Origin: a phage
Assembly (NCBI GenBank): GCA_025289735.1
Contig: GCA_025289735.1_4764.1
Reading direction: 5' to 3' (one strand)
DNA length: 37,440 bases
Part shown: piece by piece, positions 18,948 through 27,583 of the stretch
Layout: the number at the start of each line of letters is the position of its first letter
Numbering within the stretch: the first letter of the stretch is position 1
Notes under the pieces: model-generated
Told to the model about the DNA's origin: nothing
What the model saw: only the letters and a program-made list of their open reading frames with translations
Database searches by the model: none
Translations under genes and position numbers: made by a program

Positions 18948-19234
18948 TAGAAACCCTTACGTCGTGCTTTCTGGCATTTCTTGATCATTTTATCAGAAAT
19001 TTCGCGCTTCGGTGCAATCTCTTTCACACCGAAAGCACTAATGCCAAATTCAGAGAGAATATATTCAACTAACAATTCACGCACACGCGCTTTACCGATA
19101 TTCACGCCGTTATTTTTCAGATATGTCTGGCCTTCGACTTGCATCAGATCTAAATCTGCGTCGGTAATATTGATTTCTTCCATGCGCCCAAATCGAGAAT
19201 AAACCATGTGTGCGATTGCATTGTGTACTAACAT
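18947..19234 (-). CDS. hypothetical protein (95 aa), possible helix-turn-helix
   Basis: Track start 19252 is TTG; ATG 19234 has GAGGAA SD. Translationally coupled to the NTPase downstream. Confidence 0.5.
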   Translation of the reverse strand: MLVHNAIAHMVYSRFGRMEEINITDADLDLMQVEGQTYLKNNGVNIGKARVRELLVEYILSEFGISAFGVKEIAPKREISDKMIKKCQKARRKGF

Positions 19235-19255
19235 AATATATTCCTCACTCAAGAA

Positions 19256-19414
19256 TTACTTAATGATACTTACTTTACCAGATCCGTGACAATGAGCGCA
19301 ACACCCATCACCACGCAATCCTGTTCCGTTACAGTGTTTACACTTCTTCAACGGTAAAGCCATTATAGCAAATAAAGCAATAATGAATACCGAAACTAAA
19401 TTCTCAATAATCAT
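19256..19414 (-). CDS. small membrane-anchored zinc-ribbon protein (52 aa; two CxxCxGxG motifs)
   Basis: Not in ORF track (<60 aa). Hand translation MIIENLVSVFIIALFAIMALPLKKCKHCNGTGLRGDGCCAHCHGSGKVSIIK; GAGGGTGA SD 5 nt upstream of ATG 19414; fills an otherwise empty 150-nt gap. Confidence 0.5.
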   Translation of the reverse strand: MIIENLVSVFIIALFAIMALPLKKCKHCNGTGLRGDGCCAHCHGSGKVSIIK

Positions 19415-19673
19415 AAATCACCCTCAGTTCTTTATAGCCTCCAATGTGCTCGTTGTCAATGAATATCTGGGGGTATACAAACCGGAGGCTCTTTGAGTTC
19501 AGCCTCCCCGCCAGTTCTTCAATCATATCACGGTCGGGAATAATGTCAACCCCGACCTGCTTGAATACTGGTTTAAGTGTATACGGAATACCCAGGTCAT
19601 CCAGTAGCTTCATTGCACTAATACAACCATAACAATGATAAGCCTCTTTCGGTATACCGTATATCTCGATCAT
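19404..19673 (-). CDS. nrdH: glutaredoxin-like protein (NrdH/Grx family)
   Basis: 89 aa; CxxC (CYGC) near N-terminus and C-terminal YPQIFIDNEHIGGY, the glutaredoxin signature also in T4 grx-like proteins. Confidence 0.65.
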   Translation of the reverse strand: MIEIYGIPKEAYHCYGCISAMKLLDDLGIPYTLKPVFKQVGVDIIPDRDMIEELAGRLNSKSLRFVYPQIFIDNEHIGGYKELRVIYDY

Positions 19674-20146
19674 TTCTCAGCCTTTAATCTTTCTAGTTCT
19701 TCTTCCAGTTCCTTGATCCGTTGGTCACGTTCAAAGTCACGCTGTATCTTAGTGGCAAATACTCGCTTAAACTGATTGTAATCATCGATTTTAAACACTT
19801 CTTCTTCGCCATAGCGACGCACAGAAACTTCGTAGTTATTGAAGAATTGTTGCATCATTGCTTCGGATGATAGTTCTGCTGATACTACTTTAAAATATTG
19901 ATCTTCTGTAGGCGAAAACCAATTACAAGCATAAAGATAAACCTTTTCATTGTCTGGACACTGGTAAGCCTTACCATCGATTTCAATCACAGAAACATAT
20001 TCAGGTATAGTAGATGAATCAATAGCTAAGACTTTAAACGCACGGTCCCCGATAAACTCGGAGATCACACGATTCGCATCACTGGTTGCAAATGCTTTAC
20101 GCGCTTGTTCGTTTTTCCACTGATAGGTCATACCAACAACAAACAT
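19670..20146 (-). CDS. paralog family member P1 (~158 aa), repeat domain plus coiled-coil tail
   Basis: N-terminus MFVVGMTYQWKNEQARKAF matches 28190..28462 (MFKAGVAYVFKSEQARKDF) and the WExGKTYxWKD paralogs; ATG 20146 with GAGGT SD. Confidence 0.6.
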   Translation of the reverse strand: MFVVGMTYQWKNEQARKAFATSDANRVISEFIGDRAFKVLAIDSSTIPEYVSVIEIDGKAYQCPDNEKVYLYACNWFSPTEDQYFKVVSAELSSEAMMQQFFNNYEVSVRRYGEEEVFKIDDYNQFKRVFATKIQRDFERDQRIKELEEELERLKAEK

Positions 20147-20147
20147 A

Positions 20148-20972
20148 TTACCAACCTCGCTCTTTACCAATCAAAAATTCAACTTCACGACGTTTAATAT
20201 CTTCTTGAAGGTCTTTAATCTTCTGGCGATCTTGCATGATTTCATCCATCTTGTCAAGTGCCGCAATGAAATCATCGAAACGTTCAAAGGTTTTACCTTC
20301 ATTCGCTTCGCCAAATTTAACCATTGTCAGGCCGTAACGACTACTAAACAGACGTTTCAACTGTCCAACGATTTTAGAATCAGTGGTTATAACTTCCAAT
20401 TCTTCTATTTCACGAAAGAATTTTCTATCAGAATCAATAAACCAGCTAGTTCCTTTATGGTTGCTATCTTCGGTTGCACTCATTAGAGTATGGTCTTTAC
20501 CATCAATTTCAATTACATCAATTTGCCCACATGGACGAACATTTTTAACAGTAAAAGGTCTATAATTTATTGCTCGTGCAATAACATAATTAAGATTAGA
20601 TACGTTTTCAGCATAATGGCAGAAGTCGGTCATAGCATTCGCATCTTTCCAAGTATAAGTTTTACCAACTTCCCATTTCTGGGGAACTTCTTCAACTTCA
20701 CGAAAGAATTTTCGATCGAATGGACTAAAGAAATATGTTGCAGTCCAAATGTCTTTTCCTGTAGCAGTTTTCGCCGTATGATAAACACCGTCTAGCTCTA
20801 TTGCATCAATCCAACCGTTACCCTCGATCTCGATGATGGTAAATGGCTTGTCACCAATAGCTGCACTAATATCGCTGTTAAGTGGAGAAAGAACACCTTC
20901 TCCGTTAGTAATAAATTCAGTTTTAGCGTTTTCGTCTTTCCAGGTGTAAGTTTTACCAATTTCCCATTTCAT
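20148..20972 (-). CDS. paralog family member P2 (274 aa), two tandem repeat domains plus coiled-coil tail
   Basis: Internal duplication: MKWEIGKTYTWKDENAKTEF..DRKFFREVEE and QKWEVGKTYTWKDANAMTDF..DRKFFREIEE; ATG 20972 with AAGGGGAA SD. Confidence 0.65.
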   Translation of the reverse strand: MKWEIGKTYTWKDENAKTEFITNGEGVLSPLNSDISAAIGDKPFTIIEIEGNGWIDAIELDGVYHTAKTATGKDIWTATYFFSPFDRKFFREVEEVPQKWEVGKTYTWKDANAMTDFCHYAENVSNLNYVIARAINYRPFTVKNVRPCGQIDVIEIDGKDHTLMSATEDSNHKGTSWFIDSDRKFFREIEELEVITTDSKIVGQLKRLFSSRYGLTMVKFGEANEGKTFERFDDFIAALDKMDEIMQDRQKIKDLQEDIKRREVEFLIGKERGW

Positions 20973-20984
20973 AATATATTCCCC

Positions 20985-21449
20985 TTAACCGATTTTATCA
21001 AGTTCGTTTAATGCTTTCTCTGCTTCCTGTATAGCTTGCACCCTTTCCGGCATTTTGTCAAGAAAATCTTTCAACTCTTCAAAACTGGAGATATGACGCA
21101 AGGCGTTAGCACCGATAGCCGCATGTGATTTGCATTCAAAGCGGATTTTATAATTATCCATCGCCAACTTGAGAAGATCAATTAATTTAGATTCTTCTGG
21201 AATAATAATTTCTTCAAATCGGCTACGGTCATGATCCAGAAACCAACAAGATAGACCTACATCGGTTGAACTCATATAAGTTCCATCATGAAGATAAACA
21301 GACCGCACGTATCCTTTTTTCGCATCAACCGACGCAACTTTAAACGGCAATCGCAGATATTTCAAATAATCAACATCATACCATTTAAAAAATTGGTTTG
21401 CATCTTTTACATCTTTCCACGCATAGGTCTTACCAGCTTCCCATTTCAT
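20985..21449 (-). CDS. paralog family member P3 (~154 aa)
   Basis: MKWEAGKTYAWKD..RPF-like core..HDRSRFEEII; ATG 21449 has GAGAGA SD (track ATG 21464 has none). Confidence 0.6.
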   Translation of the reverse strand: MKWEAGKTYAWKDVKDANQFFKWYDVDYLKYLRLPFKVASVDAKKGYVRSVYLHDGTYMSSTDVGLSCWFLDHDRSRFEEIIIPEESKLIDLLKLAMDNYKIRFECKSHAAIGANALRHISSFEELKDFLDKMPERVQAIQEAEKALNELDKIG

Positions 21450-21453
21450 AATA

Positions 21454-21981
21454 TCATCTCTCATTTTTGATACGTGATTCTAATTGGATCATACGGTCGC
21501 GCGTTTGTTTGTATTCTCGGATAGCACCGATCCGGCTAGGCATACCACCCAGTACGCTCTTAATACCTTCTAGGGTAGTAATTTTGGCAATGCTATTATG
21601 TAACCCCATCTTATCGATCAACTGAATGTCGTAGGCTTCCATAAGCAGACCCAAGCGTTCTAAAGTTAGGTCTTCTTCTTTTTCTTCCGAATCTGGAATC
21701 TTAGGTTCAATAGTAACTTCGGTAAAGAAACGACGCTCACCCGACCAAAACCACACACCAGAACAGCCAATAGGGGATTCTTTTAACGTCATAGAGTCGA
21801 AATTACTACCAATAATAGTAATTTCTCTAACATCACCATCATCGTCAAGGTCTTCTACCCTAAACGGGCGACCAGCCAACAAGTCAACAATACATCTGTT
21901 AATAGACGACGAAAATTTAGTCAGTTCGGCTTTCGACGCTTCGCATTCAATCTTGTAAGTTTTACCAACTTCCCATTCCAT
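21454..21981 (-). CDS. paralog family member P4 (~175 aa)
   Basis: MEWEVGKTYKIE..GRPFRVEDL..GERRFFTEVT; ATG 21981 with GAGGTGA SD (track GTG 21990). Confidence 0.6.
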   Translation of the reverse strand: MEWEVGKTYKIECEASKAELTKFSSSINRCIVDLLAGRPFRVEDLDDDGDVREITIIGSNFDSMTLKESPIGCSGVWFWSGERRFFTEVTIEPKIPDSEEKEEDLTLERLGLLMEAYDIQLIDKMGLHNSIAKITTLEGIKSVLGGMPSRIGAIREYKQTRDRMIQLESRIKNER

Positions 21982-21991
21982 AATAATCACC

Positions 21992-22495
21992 TCAAATAAT
22001 TTTCACTGGAATACTATTAACAATCTTGTATTGTACTTGATTGTCAGACCCCCGCCACGGCTTTTTCGTTGGCATATCTTTAATATAACGCCCATCGATG
22101 AACATGTCAACTGATTCTACAATTTTTCTTTGCTCATCATTCAATTGGTCAAGGGTATAACCAGACCATAGCCAAATATCTTTATTTGGCATCCATGATT
22201 TTACTTCATCGATGATCCGCTGTACACCCTTTAAATTGCGTTTATACAGTGGATCACCTCCTAAGAATGTTAGCCCCTGAATAAAATCAGGTCTAAGCAG
22301 ATCCAGAATCAATCCCATTGTATCATCGGTGAATGGTTCCCCGTTCTTAGGATTGAGTATGCTAGCATTAAAGCAACCATCACATGCGTGTGAACATCCG
22401 GTAACGTAAAGGGAGACTCTCACTCCCTCACCGTTAACCATATCACAATCTTTAATATCGGCATAGCGTAGTTTGCCGTATGTATCAGAACTCAT
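21992..22495 (-). CDS. nrdG: anaerobic ribonucleotide reductase activating protein (radical SAM), NrdG
   Basis: CxxxCxxC cluster (GCSHACDGC), GGDPLY, KDIWLW.GY, PTKK.WRGSDNQ; colinear with T4 NrdG. ATG at 22495 preferred over the track start. Confidence 0.85.
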   Translation of the reverse strand: MSSDTYGKLRYADIKDCDMVNGEGVRVSLYVTGCSHACDGCFNASILNPKNGEPFTDDTMGLILDLLRPDFIQGLTFLGGDPLYKRNLKGVQRIIDEVKSWMPNKDIWLWSGYTLDQLNDEQRKIVESVDMFIDGRYIKDMPTKKPWRGSDNQVQYKIVNSIPVKII

Positions 22496-22637
22496 ATTCA
22501 ATTACCCCGAACTCGTTTACAATCTGCGCTTTATAGTAACCACCGCGAGATGCTAATAGATAAGCTGGGCTTAGGTATTCGTATTCACGGATTTCTACTT
22601 GTGCGTTTTCAGTTTCCCAAATCAGTAAAGTCCACAT
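22485..22637 (-). CDS. hypothetical small protein (50 aa)
   Basis: Track ORF 22485..22712 begins upstream of the -35 of promoter 22680..22708; the first ATG downstream (22637) has a strong AGGAGA SD. Confidence 0.4.
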   Translation of the reverse strand: MWTLLIWETENAQVEIREYEYLSPAYLLASRGGYYKAQIVNEFGVIEYEF

Positions 22638-22679
22638 ATTTGATTCTCCTGTAAAGTTGTATCTCGTCTTGATGAATAT

Positions 22680-22708
22680 AGTATAGGGGATCTCGCGATC
22701 CCCGTCAA
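22680..22708 (-). promoter_or_regulatory. PeSL-like early promoter (-35 TTGACG, 17 bp with palindrome GGGGATCGCGAGATCCCC, -10 TATACT)
   Basis: Plus strand agtata(22680-22685) and cgtcaa(22703-22708); spacer palindrome contains two GATC sites. Confidence 0.55.
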
Positions 22709-22712
22709 GCAT

Positions 22713-23258
22713 TTATTTAAATTTTTCGAGAGATTTCAACCACAGGCGGCCTGGTAGGTACTCTCCGGCAAACATGAAATTGTCATCTGGATAAGAACGC
22801 AGCATATTCAAAATAAACTTCCGACACTCTTCGTAATCTTTACGTTTAAGATAAATCACATTCTCGCCAGTACCGATCACACCTTTGCTGTATCCATGCT
22901 CTTTACGCACAGACCATTGTACAGTATCCTTTTTAACCCGAATCACAACAGGTTCCCAATACCCAGCGCATCCGGCTACACCACACGAACAGGTGAGGAA
23001 GTATTGACCTTTTGCTTTGTTTTCCTCCCACCCGATATTAACCGGATGCCATTCGTGAAACAAGGCTAAAGCATCGTGTGTCTCTTCGATCTGTTTATTG
23101 TCAATTCTTACCGTAACCATCCATACAGGGATCTTATTTGTTGGTTCATCATCATAACATGAATCATCATCAATATGTTTTAATGTCATATCAATATTGA
23201 TTGATTTTGCCGCGTCAATATGTCGTTGTGCTTTACGTTTACGGTTTAATGATTTCAT
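22713..23258 (-). CDS. hypothetical protein (~181 aa)
   Basis: ORF track; ATG 23258 with GAGGTGA SD (track start is GTG 23264). Confidence 0.55.
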   Translation of the reverse strand: MKSLNRKRKAQRHIDAAKSINIDMTLKHIDDDSCYDDEPTNKIPVWMVTVRIDNKQIEETHDALALFHEWHPVNIGWEENKAKGQYFLTCSCGVAGCAGYWEPVVIRVKKDTVQWSVRKEHGYSKGVIGTGENVIYLKRKDYEECRKFILNMLRSYPDDNFMFAGEYLPGRLWLKSLEKFK

Positions 23259-23275
23259 AGTCACCTCACATTATT

Positions 23276-23815
23276 TCAAAGATCGCGATATTGTACATTA
23301 TGAAAATGAGAACTTGCATTACCAATATTGTAGATAACAAATTCTTCATCCGGCGCTTGCGCTACAAATTGAGTATGAGCAACCGCCACAACCTTAAAAA
23401 TACGATCCGTGATCTTGTGTTTAATTTCTGCCCCTACTTCCATAGGAACATATTCATTTGTTTCTGTTTCAGTCGCAAAACAGCCATCTTCTTCATAAGC
23501 ACGAACAAATCGATCGCAATCAGTACGCTTAACAAATTCAAGAGTATACAATTCTCGTGAATTGTCGGTATAGACCAATACAGAATTATTATGATAGCGA
23601 ATAACATACAGGTTATTATCATCGTCAATTACGCAAAAGCTACGGATTCCTTCGCCTTGACTCCAGCAGATATTAACCACCGTTCCTCTAATAAAAAAAC
23701 TTTCCTTTAAATTAAAACTAGTCAATGTGCTAGCGTGCATTTTAACAACAACACCATCACCAATTTCCAATTTACGAAGTTTAACTTCTTTGCTCAGTAC
23801 ACAAAACATCATCAT
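23276..23815 (-). CDS. hypothetical protein (179 aa)
   Basis: ORF track; conserved leader AACAACGAGAGGA..ATG downstream of promoter 23845..23872. Confidence 0.55.
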   Translation of the reverse strand: MMMFCVLSKEVKLRKLEIGDGVVVKMHASTLTSFNLKESFFIRGTVVNICWSQGEGIRSFCVIDDDNNLYVIRYHNNSVLVYTDNSRELYTLEFVKRTDCDRFVRAYEEDGCFATETETNEYVPMEVGAEIKHKITDRIFKVVAVAHTQFVAQAPDEEFVIYNIGNASSHFHNVQYRDL

Positions 23816-23844
23816 GTTGTCCTCTCGTTGTTTTCGATGTGAGC

Positions 23845-23872
23845 ATTATACATTAGCTAATCCGGTTGTCAA
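23845..23872 (-). promoter_or_regulatory. sigma70-type early promoter (-35 TTGACA, 16 bp, -10 TATAAT)
   Basis: Plus strand attata(23845-23850) and tgtcaa(23867-23872); part of a ~100-bp module repeated at 36428..36530. Confidence 0.65.
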
Positions 23873-23883
23873 CACCCCAAAAC

Positions 23884-23910
23884 GAAAAAGCCGACCCTTT
23901 CGGATCGGCT
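23884..23910 (-). terminator. intrinsic terminator after nrdD (GAAA tetraloop hairpin plus T-run)
   Basis: Minus strand AGCCGATCCgaaaGGGTCGGCT followed by TTTTT, 6 nt after the nrdD stop. Confidence 0.6.
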
Positions 23911-23915
23911 GAAAA

Positions 23916-25778
23916 TTACATGTGCTTAACGCGGTTTACCATCTCGGAGTGTTTCCCGTGGTTAAATGGACGCAGATCAACAGATCCAAGATATCCACTA
24001 ACGCGACGGATAACATTCATCTTTTCCAGATTGTCATTGCCGCAATCAGGGCAAACAAAACCAGACTCGGTCGCTCTCATTTCCTTATTAGATCCACATA
24101 CATGACATACATCAGAAGGAGTGTTAACACCGAAGTAGTGCAATTTATCCATTGCATAGTCTACTACAGTTTCAAGACCTTTCAGGTTGTTTTTCATGTC
24201 TGGGAACTCAACATAAGAGATCATGCCACCGGACGCCAGCCAGTGATAATCTTTCTCAAAGTCGATTTTCTCAAATGGTGTGACTTTCCGGTCTACGTCA
24301 AGGTGGAATGAGTTGGTGTACCAGTCTTTATCGGTAGCACCCTTAACAATACCAAATTGCTCTCTGTCCAGTCGATTAAATCGATAGCAAAGGCTCTCGG
24401 CTGGCGTACCGTAAAGACTAAACCCAAGTCCGGTTTCGTCCTTCCATTTTTCAGTATAATGACGCAAGATCTTAAGAATATGTTTACCGTATCGCTGCGC
24501 ATCTTCCGAATCAAACGGATGAACATCAAACAGGACGCTCAATACCTCATGTAAACCAATATATCCAAGAGAGATACTAGCGCGACCATCTTTCAGCACT
24601 TCCAAAATTTCATCGTTTTGATGAATACGGAAAAATGCACCTTCGGTATACAGTACAGGAGCAACATTGGCTTTAGCCCCTTTTAAAGCGTCTACGCGAC
24701 TCATAAGCGCATCAAAACAAATAGGCATACGATTAGCTAGCTCTTGTTCGAATAGCTCAATTCTGCGCATTACAGACGCTTTACCAGCACGACGAGCGGC
24801 AATAAGGGCAATACGCGGAAGATTCAGAGTCACAACACCTAAGTTATTACGTCCGTCTAATACTTCCTCGCCTTTATCATTATGCCACACACCCAGGAAG
24901 CTACGACAACCCATCGGGCTAACCGGAACACTAGATCCAGTGATGCTACGGTTATTCTTCGCAGAGATATAATCAGGGTAAAGACGCTTACTAGAACATT
25001 CCAATGCAAGTTGCTTAATGTCGTAGTTCGGATCTTCCGGGTTAAGGTTTAATCCTTCTTCTAAGAACATCACCAGCTTAGGAAACACCGGAGTGATACC
25101 ATCTTTACCTAAACCTTTAGTTCGAACTTTCAGGATCGCTTTCTGAATCAGTTTTTCTTCCCAGCTCGTACCCATACCAAAGGTTAAAGTCACAAAAGGC
25201 GTTTGACCATTGGTAGAGAACAAAGTGTTGATCTCATATTCCAACGCCTGATATCCGTCTAACGTTTCTTTTTCTGTCTTCTCTTGTGCATAGAGAGTAT
25301 CAGCTTTGATTCCGTAGGTTTCGGCATCAGCAAGGTGTTTATGATATGTTTTCTCAACGTATGGCGCTAAAACCTGATCGATGTTTGCAATTGTGGTCCC
25401 GCCATATTGATGACTTGCCACCTGTGCGATAATTTGAGCGGTTACAGCACAAGCAACGCCGATCGATTTCGGACTTTCGATTTGTGCGCTACCCAATTTA
25501 AAACCATTCTCTAACATGTCTTTGAGATTAACAAGACAGCAGTTAGTAAACGGCATAGCTGGTGCATAATCCATATCATGATAATGAATATCACCGTCTA
25601 CATGCGCTTTATAGATGTGCTCAGGTAACACGGTTTTAGCAATCTGTTTAGACACAGCGCCAGCAATCAGATCTCGACGTGTCGGGAATGTTCGCGCGTC
25701 TTTGTTCGCGTTCTCTTTGCTTACTTCGTTTTCTTTACCCGTTGCGATCTCTGTAATGTCTTTGATTAGTTTTTCCAT
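23916..25778 (-). CDS. nrdD: anaerobic ribonucleoside-triphosphate reductase NrdD (glycyl-radical enzyme)
   Basis: 620 aa; C-terminal zinc-ribbon cysteines (CHVCG..CPDCG) and glycyl-radical motif RVSGYLG; uninterrupted reading frame (no intron); ATG 25778 with AGGTGA SD. Confidence 0.95.
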   Translation of the reverse strand: MEKLIKDITEIATGKENEVSKENANKDARTFPTRRDLIAGAVSKQIAKTVLPEHIYKAHVDGDIHYHDMDYAPAMPFTNCCLVNLKDMLENGFKLGSAQIESPKSIGVACAVTAQIIAQVASHQYGGTTIANIDQVLAPYVEKTYHKHLADAETYGIKADTLYAQEKTEKETLDGYQALEYEINTLFSTNGQTPFVTLTFGMGTSWEEKLIQKAILKVRTKGLGKDGITPVFPKLVMFLEEGLNLNPEDPNYDIKQLALECSSKRLYPDYISAKNNRSITGSSVPVSPMGCRSFLGVWHNDKGEEVLDGRNNLGVVTLNLPRIALIAARRAGKASVMRRIELFEQELANRMPICFDALMSRVDALKGAKANVAPVLYTEGAFFRIHQNDEILEVLKDGRASISLGYIGLHEVLSVLFDVHPFDSEDAQRYGKHILKILRHYTEKWKDETGLGFSLYGTPAESLCYRFNRLDREQFGIVKGATDKDWYTNSFHLDVDRKVTPFEKIDFEKDYHWLASGGMISYVEFPDMKNNLKGLETVVDYAMDKLHYFGVNTPSDVCHVCGSNKEMRATESGFVCPDCGNDNLEKMNVIRRVSGYLGSVDLRPFNHGKHSEMVNRVKHM

Positions 25779-25796
25779 TGTATCACCTATGAAAAA

Positions 25797-25813
25797 GCGG
25801 GATTTTCTCCCGC
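25797..25813 (-). terminator. hairpin plus T-run abutting the nrdD ribosome-binding site
   Basis: Minus strand GCGGGAgaaaaTCCCGC followed by TTTTTCAT then AGGTGA SD; terminator or attenuator for transcripts from upstream genes. Confidence 0.4.
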
Positions 25814-25824
25814 TCGTTGATAGT

Positions 25825-26319
25825 TTATTTTACCAGTTCTGCCAATTCTTTTTCTTTAGCTTCCAGTTCAGCCTTAAGCTGTTTAATCTCTTGTCGCTTC
25901 TTATTAGCGGCTTCCTGCTTACTATTTCGGATAACCTGATCTAGATACAACTCCCAATCCTGAATATTTTTGATAATGTAGCCGTCAACATTAATTGGTC
26001 GGAGATTCAGTACAGCTTCCAGTTTAGTTGCAAAAACTTTAATTGCTGGTGTGAAGTATTCATACTCGTTATCTTCAAACCAATAACCTAGACTTGCATT
26101 ATCAATACGAAGACGAAGTTTAAGATCAAGGTCTTTATCGTCGGTGTAAAGATCTTTCACCTGCCCCATCGAGCTAACAACAACTTTAAAACGAATTTTA
26201 TCTACACCACCAAACACATCTTCAAGAATATCAGCAATTGAGCTATTAGCGCAAGATTGGTCGCTGAATGCGTCAAGGTTTTCTTTAGTTACAGTATACC
26301 AAACATCTTGTACCCACAT
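25825..26319 (-). CDS. paralog family member Q4 (164 aa), coiled-coil C-terminus
   Basis: ATG 26319 with conserved leader GAGAGGATTATATT; C-terminal coiled coil (KQLKAELEAKEKELAELVK) like other family members. Confidence 0.55.
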   Translation of the reverse strand: MWVQDVWYTVTKENLDAFSDQSCANSSIADILEDVFGGVDKIRFKVVVSSMGQVKDLYTDDKDLDLKLRLRIDNASLGYWFEDNEYEYFTPAIKVFATKLEAVLNLRPINVDGYIIKNIQDWELYLDQVIRNSKQEAANKKRQEIKQLKAELEAKEKELAELVK

Positions 26320-26349
26320 AATATAATCCTCTCGTTGTTAAGTGGGAGT

Positions 26350-26377
26350 ATTATAGCATACTCCCTTCGCATGTCAA
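26350..26377 (-). promoter_or_regulatory. PeSL-like early promoter (-35 TTGACA, 16 bp, -10 TATAAT; hairpin GGGAGTATgctataATACTCCC over the -10)
   Basis: Plus strand attata(26350-26355) and tgtcaa(26372-26377). Confidence 0.65.
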
Positions 26378-27552
26378 GCGCTAACTTTTTTCTTTACTGC
26401 TTTCACCTTCTGGCGAATTGCTCGAATCTCTTCGATCTCTTTTTCAGTATCTTTAACAATTTCTTTGCGATTCTGAATATCTTTATCGAGATTATCATCA
26501 AGTTTAGGCAGCATGTCAATCAAGAACTTTTTAAGGTCTTTCAGGTTTCGGATAACAGCACCTTCACCCATTACCGCCACCCCTACACCATCCGGCAGAT
26601 CACCAAACAGTTTAACCAGTTCAGACAGATGATCATGATCTTCTAGTGCTTCTTCCGGTTCAGATGGCAGTTCCACAAAGTAATAACGTTCATCATTGCT
26701 GATCAAGTGATACCAGCAAAGCCCAAAAGATTTAGGAGTATATTCTACACCATCAATTTCAACCGCGTCAACACTTCCATAATCATCTACTTTAGTTACC
26801 TTAAATCCTTGGCCCAGCTTTTGAACAATTTCAACAACATGACTTGATACAGTTTCAGCGGTAAACCAATATGGCAAATTATGTTGATTTGGCTTGTAGC
26901 GTTCACCTACTTTAAATCTCTGACCAGCCGCTTGCATAGAATGAAATTGTTGTTTCGTGATTTCCGCGAAGTATTCAAATTCGCCACCATCAAACACACA
27001 AGCCCATTGATCACAAAAACGTTCTGCCTTAACAGTTTCACCTTTCGCGGTGATCATGGTAGCTGATCCGTGCAATTCTTCTTCAACTAAAAAGCCATAT
27101 TCGACAAAATCAGCAAGTTTCATAGCTTCTTTGTGATCTGGATCATGCTCTCCCCAGAATCGCTTAAATTCTTGCAAACCTTCTGGGGTAAACGAATAAC
27201 ATTTACCTTTTTCAAAGTAAGTCGGCATTGCATCCTCTTTCTTGTTCATCGCTTCGTATGCCTCTTTTGAGATACGTTTAAAGTATTTACGCTCATTGTT
27301 CATAATCATAGTAGCCCAATAATCCACAATATCATTAGCGGAATAAACTACATCACCAGCTTCAATAGTAATAACATGACCGTGGTCATCTTTTTCTAAT
27401 ACTTTAAAGCCCTTTTCTACGATTTCAGCAACCCGAATATGACCACGGCGCGAAGCATCGGTCAGAATAATTGAATAGCGAGAAAAGTCTAGAAACTCAT
27501 CTTTACCGCCTTCACGGAATGCATAGTAATGACCTTCAAAGAATTTAGCCAT
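26374..27552 (-). CDS. paralog family member Q3 (392 aa), three repeat domains plus coiled-coil tail
   Basis: Three copies of the GF(K/L)V..(I/V)EIDG..(E/D)R(K/Y)(Y/F)F module (GFKVLEKDDHGHVITIEAG, GFLVEEELHGSATMITAKG, GFKVTKVDDYGSVDAVEIDG); ATG 27552 with conserved leader. Confidence 0.65.
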   Translation of the reverse strand: MAKFFEGHYYAFREGGKDEFLDFSRYSIILTDASRRGHIRVAEIVEKGFKVLEKDDHGHVITIEAGDVVYSANDIVDYWATMIMNNERKYFKRISKEAYEAMNKKEDAMPTYFEKGKCYSFTPEGLQEFKRFWGEHDPDHKEAMKLADFVEYGFLVEEELHGSATMITAKGETVKAERFCDQWACVFDGGEFEYFAEITKQQFHSMQAAGQRFKVGERYKPNQHNLPYWFTAETVSSHVVEIVQKLGQGFKVTKVDDYGSVDAVEIDGVEYTPKSFGLCWYHLISNDERYYFVELPSEPEEALEDHDHLSELVKLFGDLPDGVGVAVMGEGAVIRNLKDLKKFLIDMLPKLDDNLDKDIQNRKEIVKDTEKEIEEIRAIRQKVKAVKKKVSA

Positions 27553-27583
27553 AATATAATCCTCTCGTTGTTTAGATGGGAGT

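Noticed and set aside
22485-22712. 75-aa version of the ORF upstream of nrdG
   Set aside because: Its ATG at 22712 lies upstream of the -35 of the promoter that must drive it; the 50-aa version from ATG 22637 with an AGGAGA SD is preferred.
23916-25778. Group I intron or homing endonuclease in nrdD (as in T4)
   Set aside because: The nrdD reading frame is continuous over 620 codons with conserved N- and C-terminal motifs; no insertion is evident.
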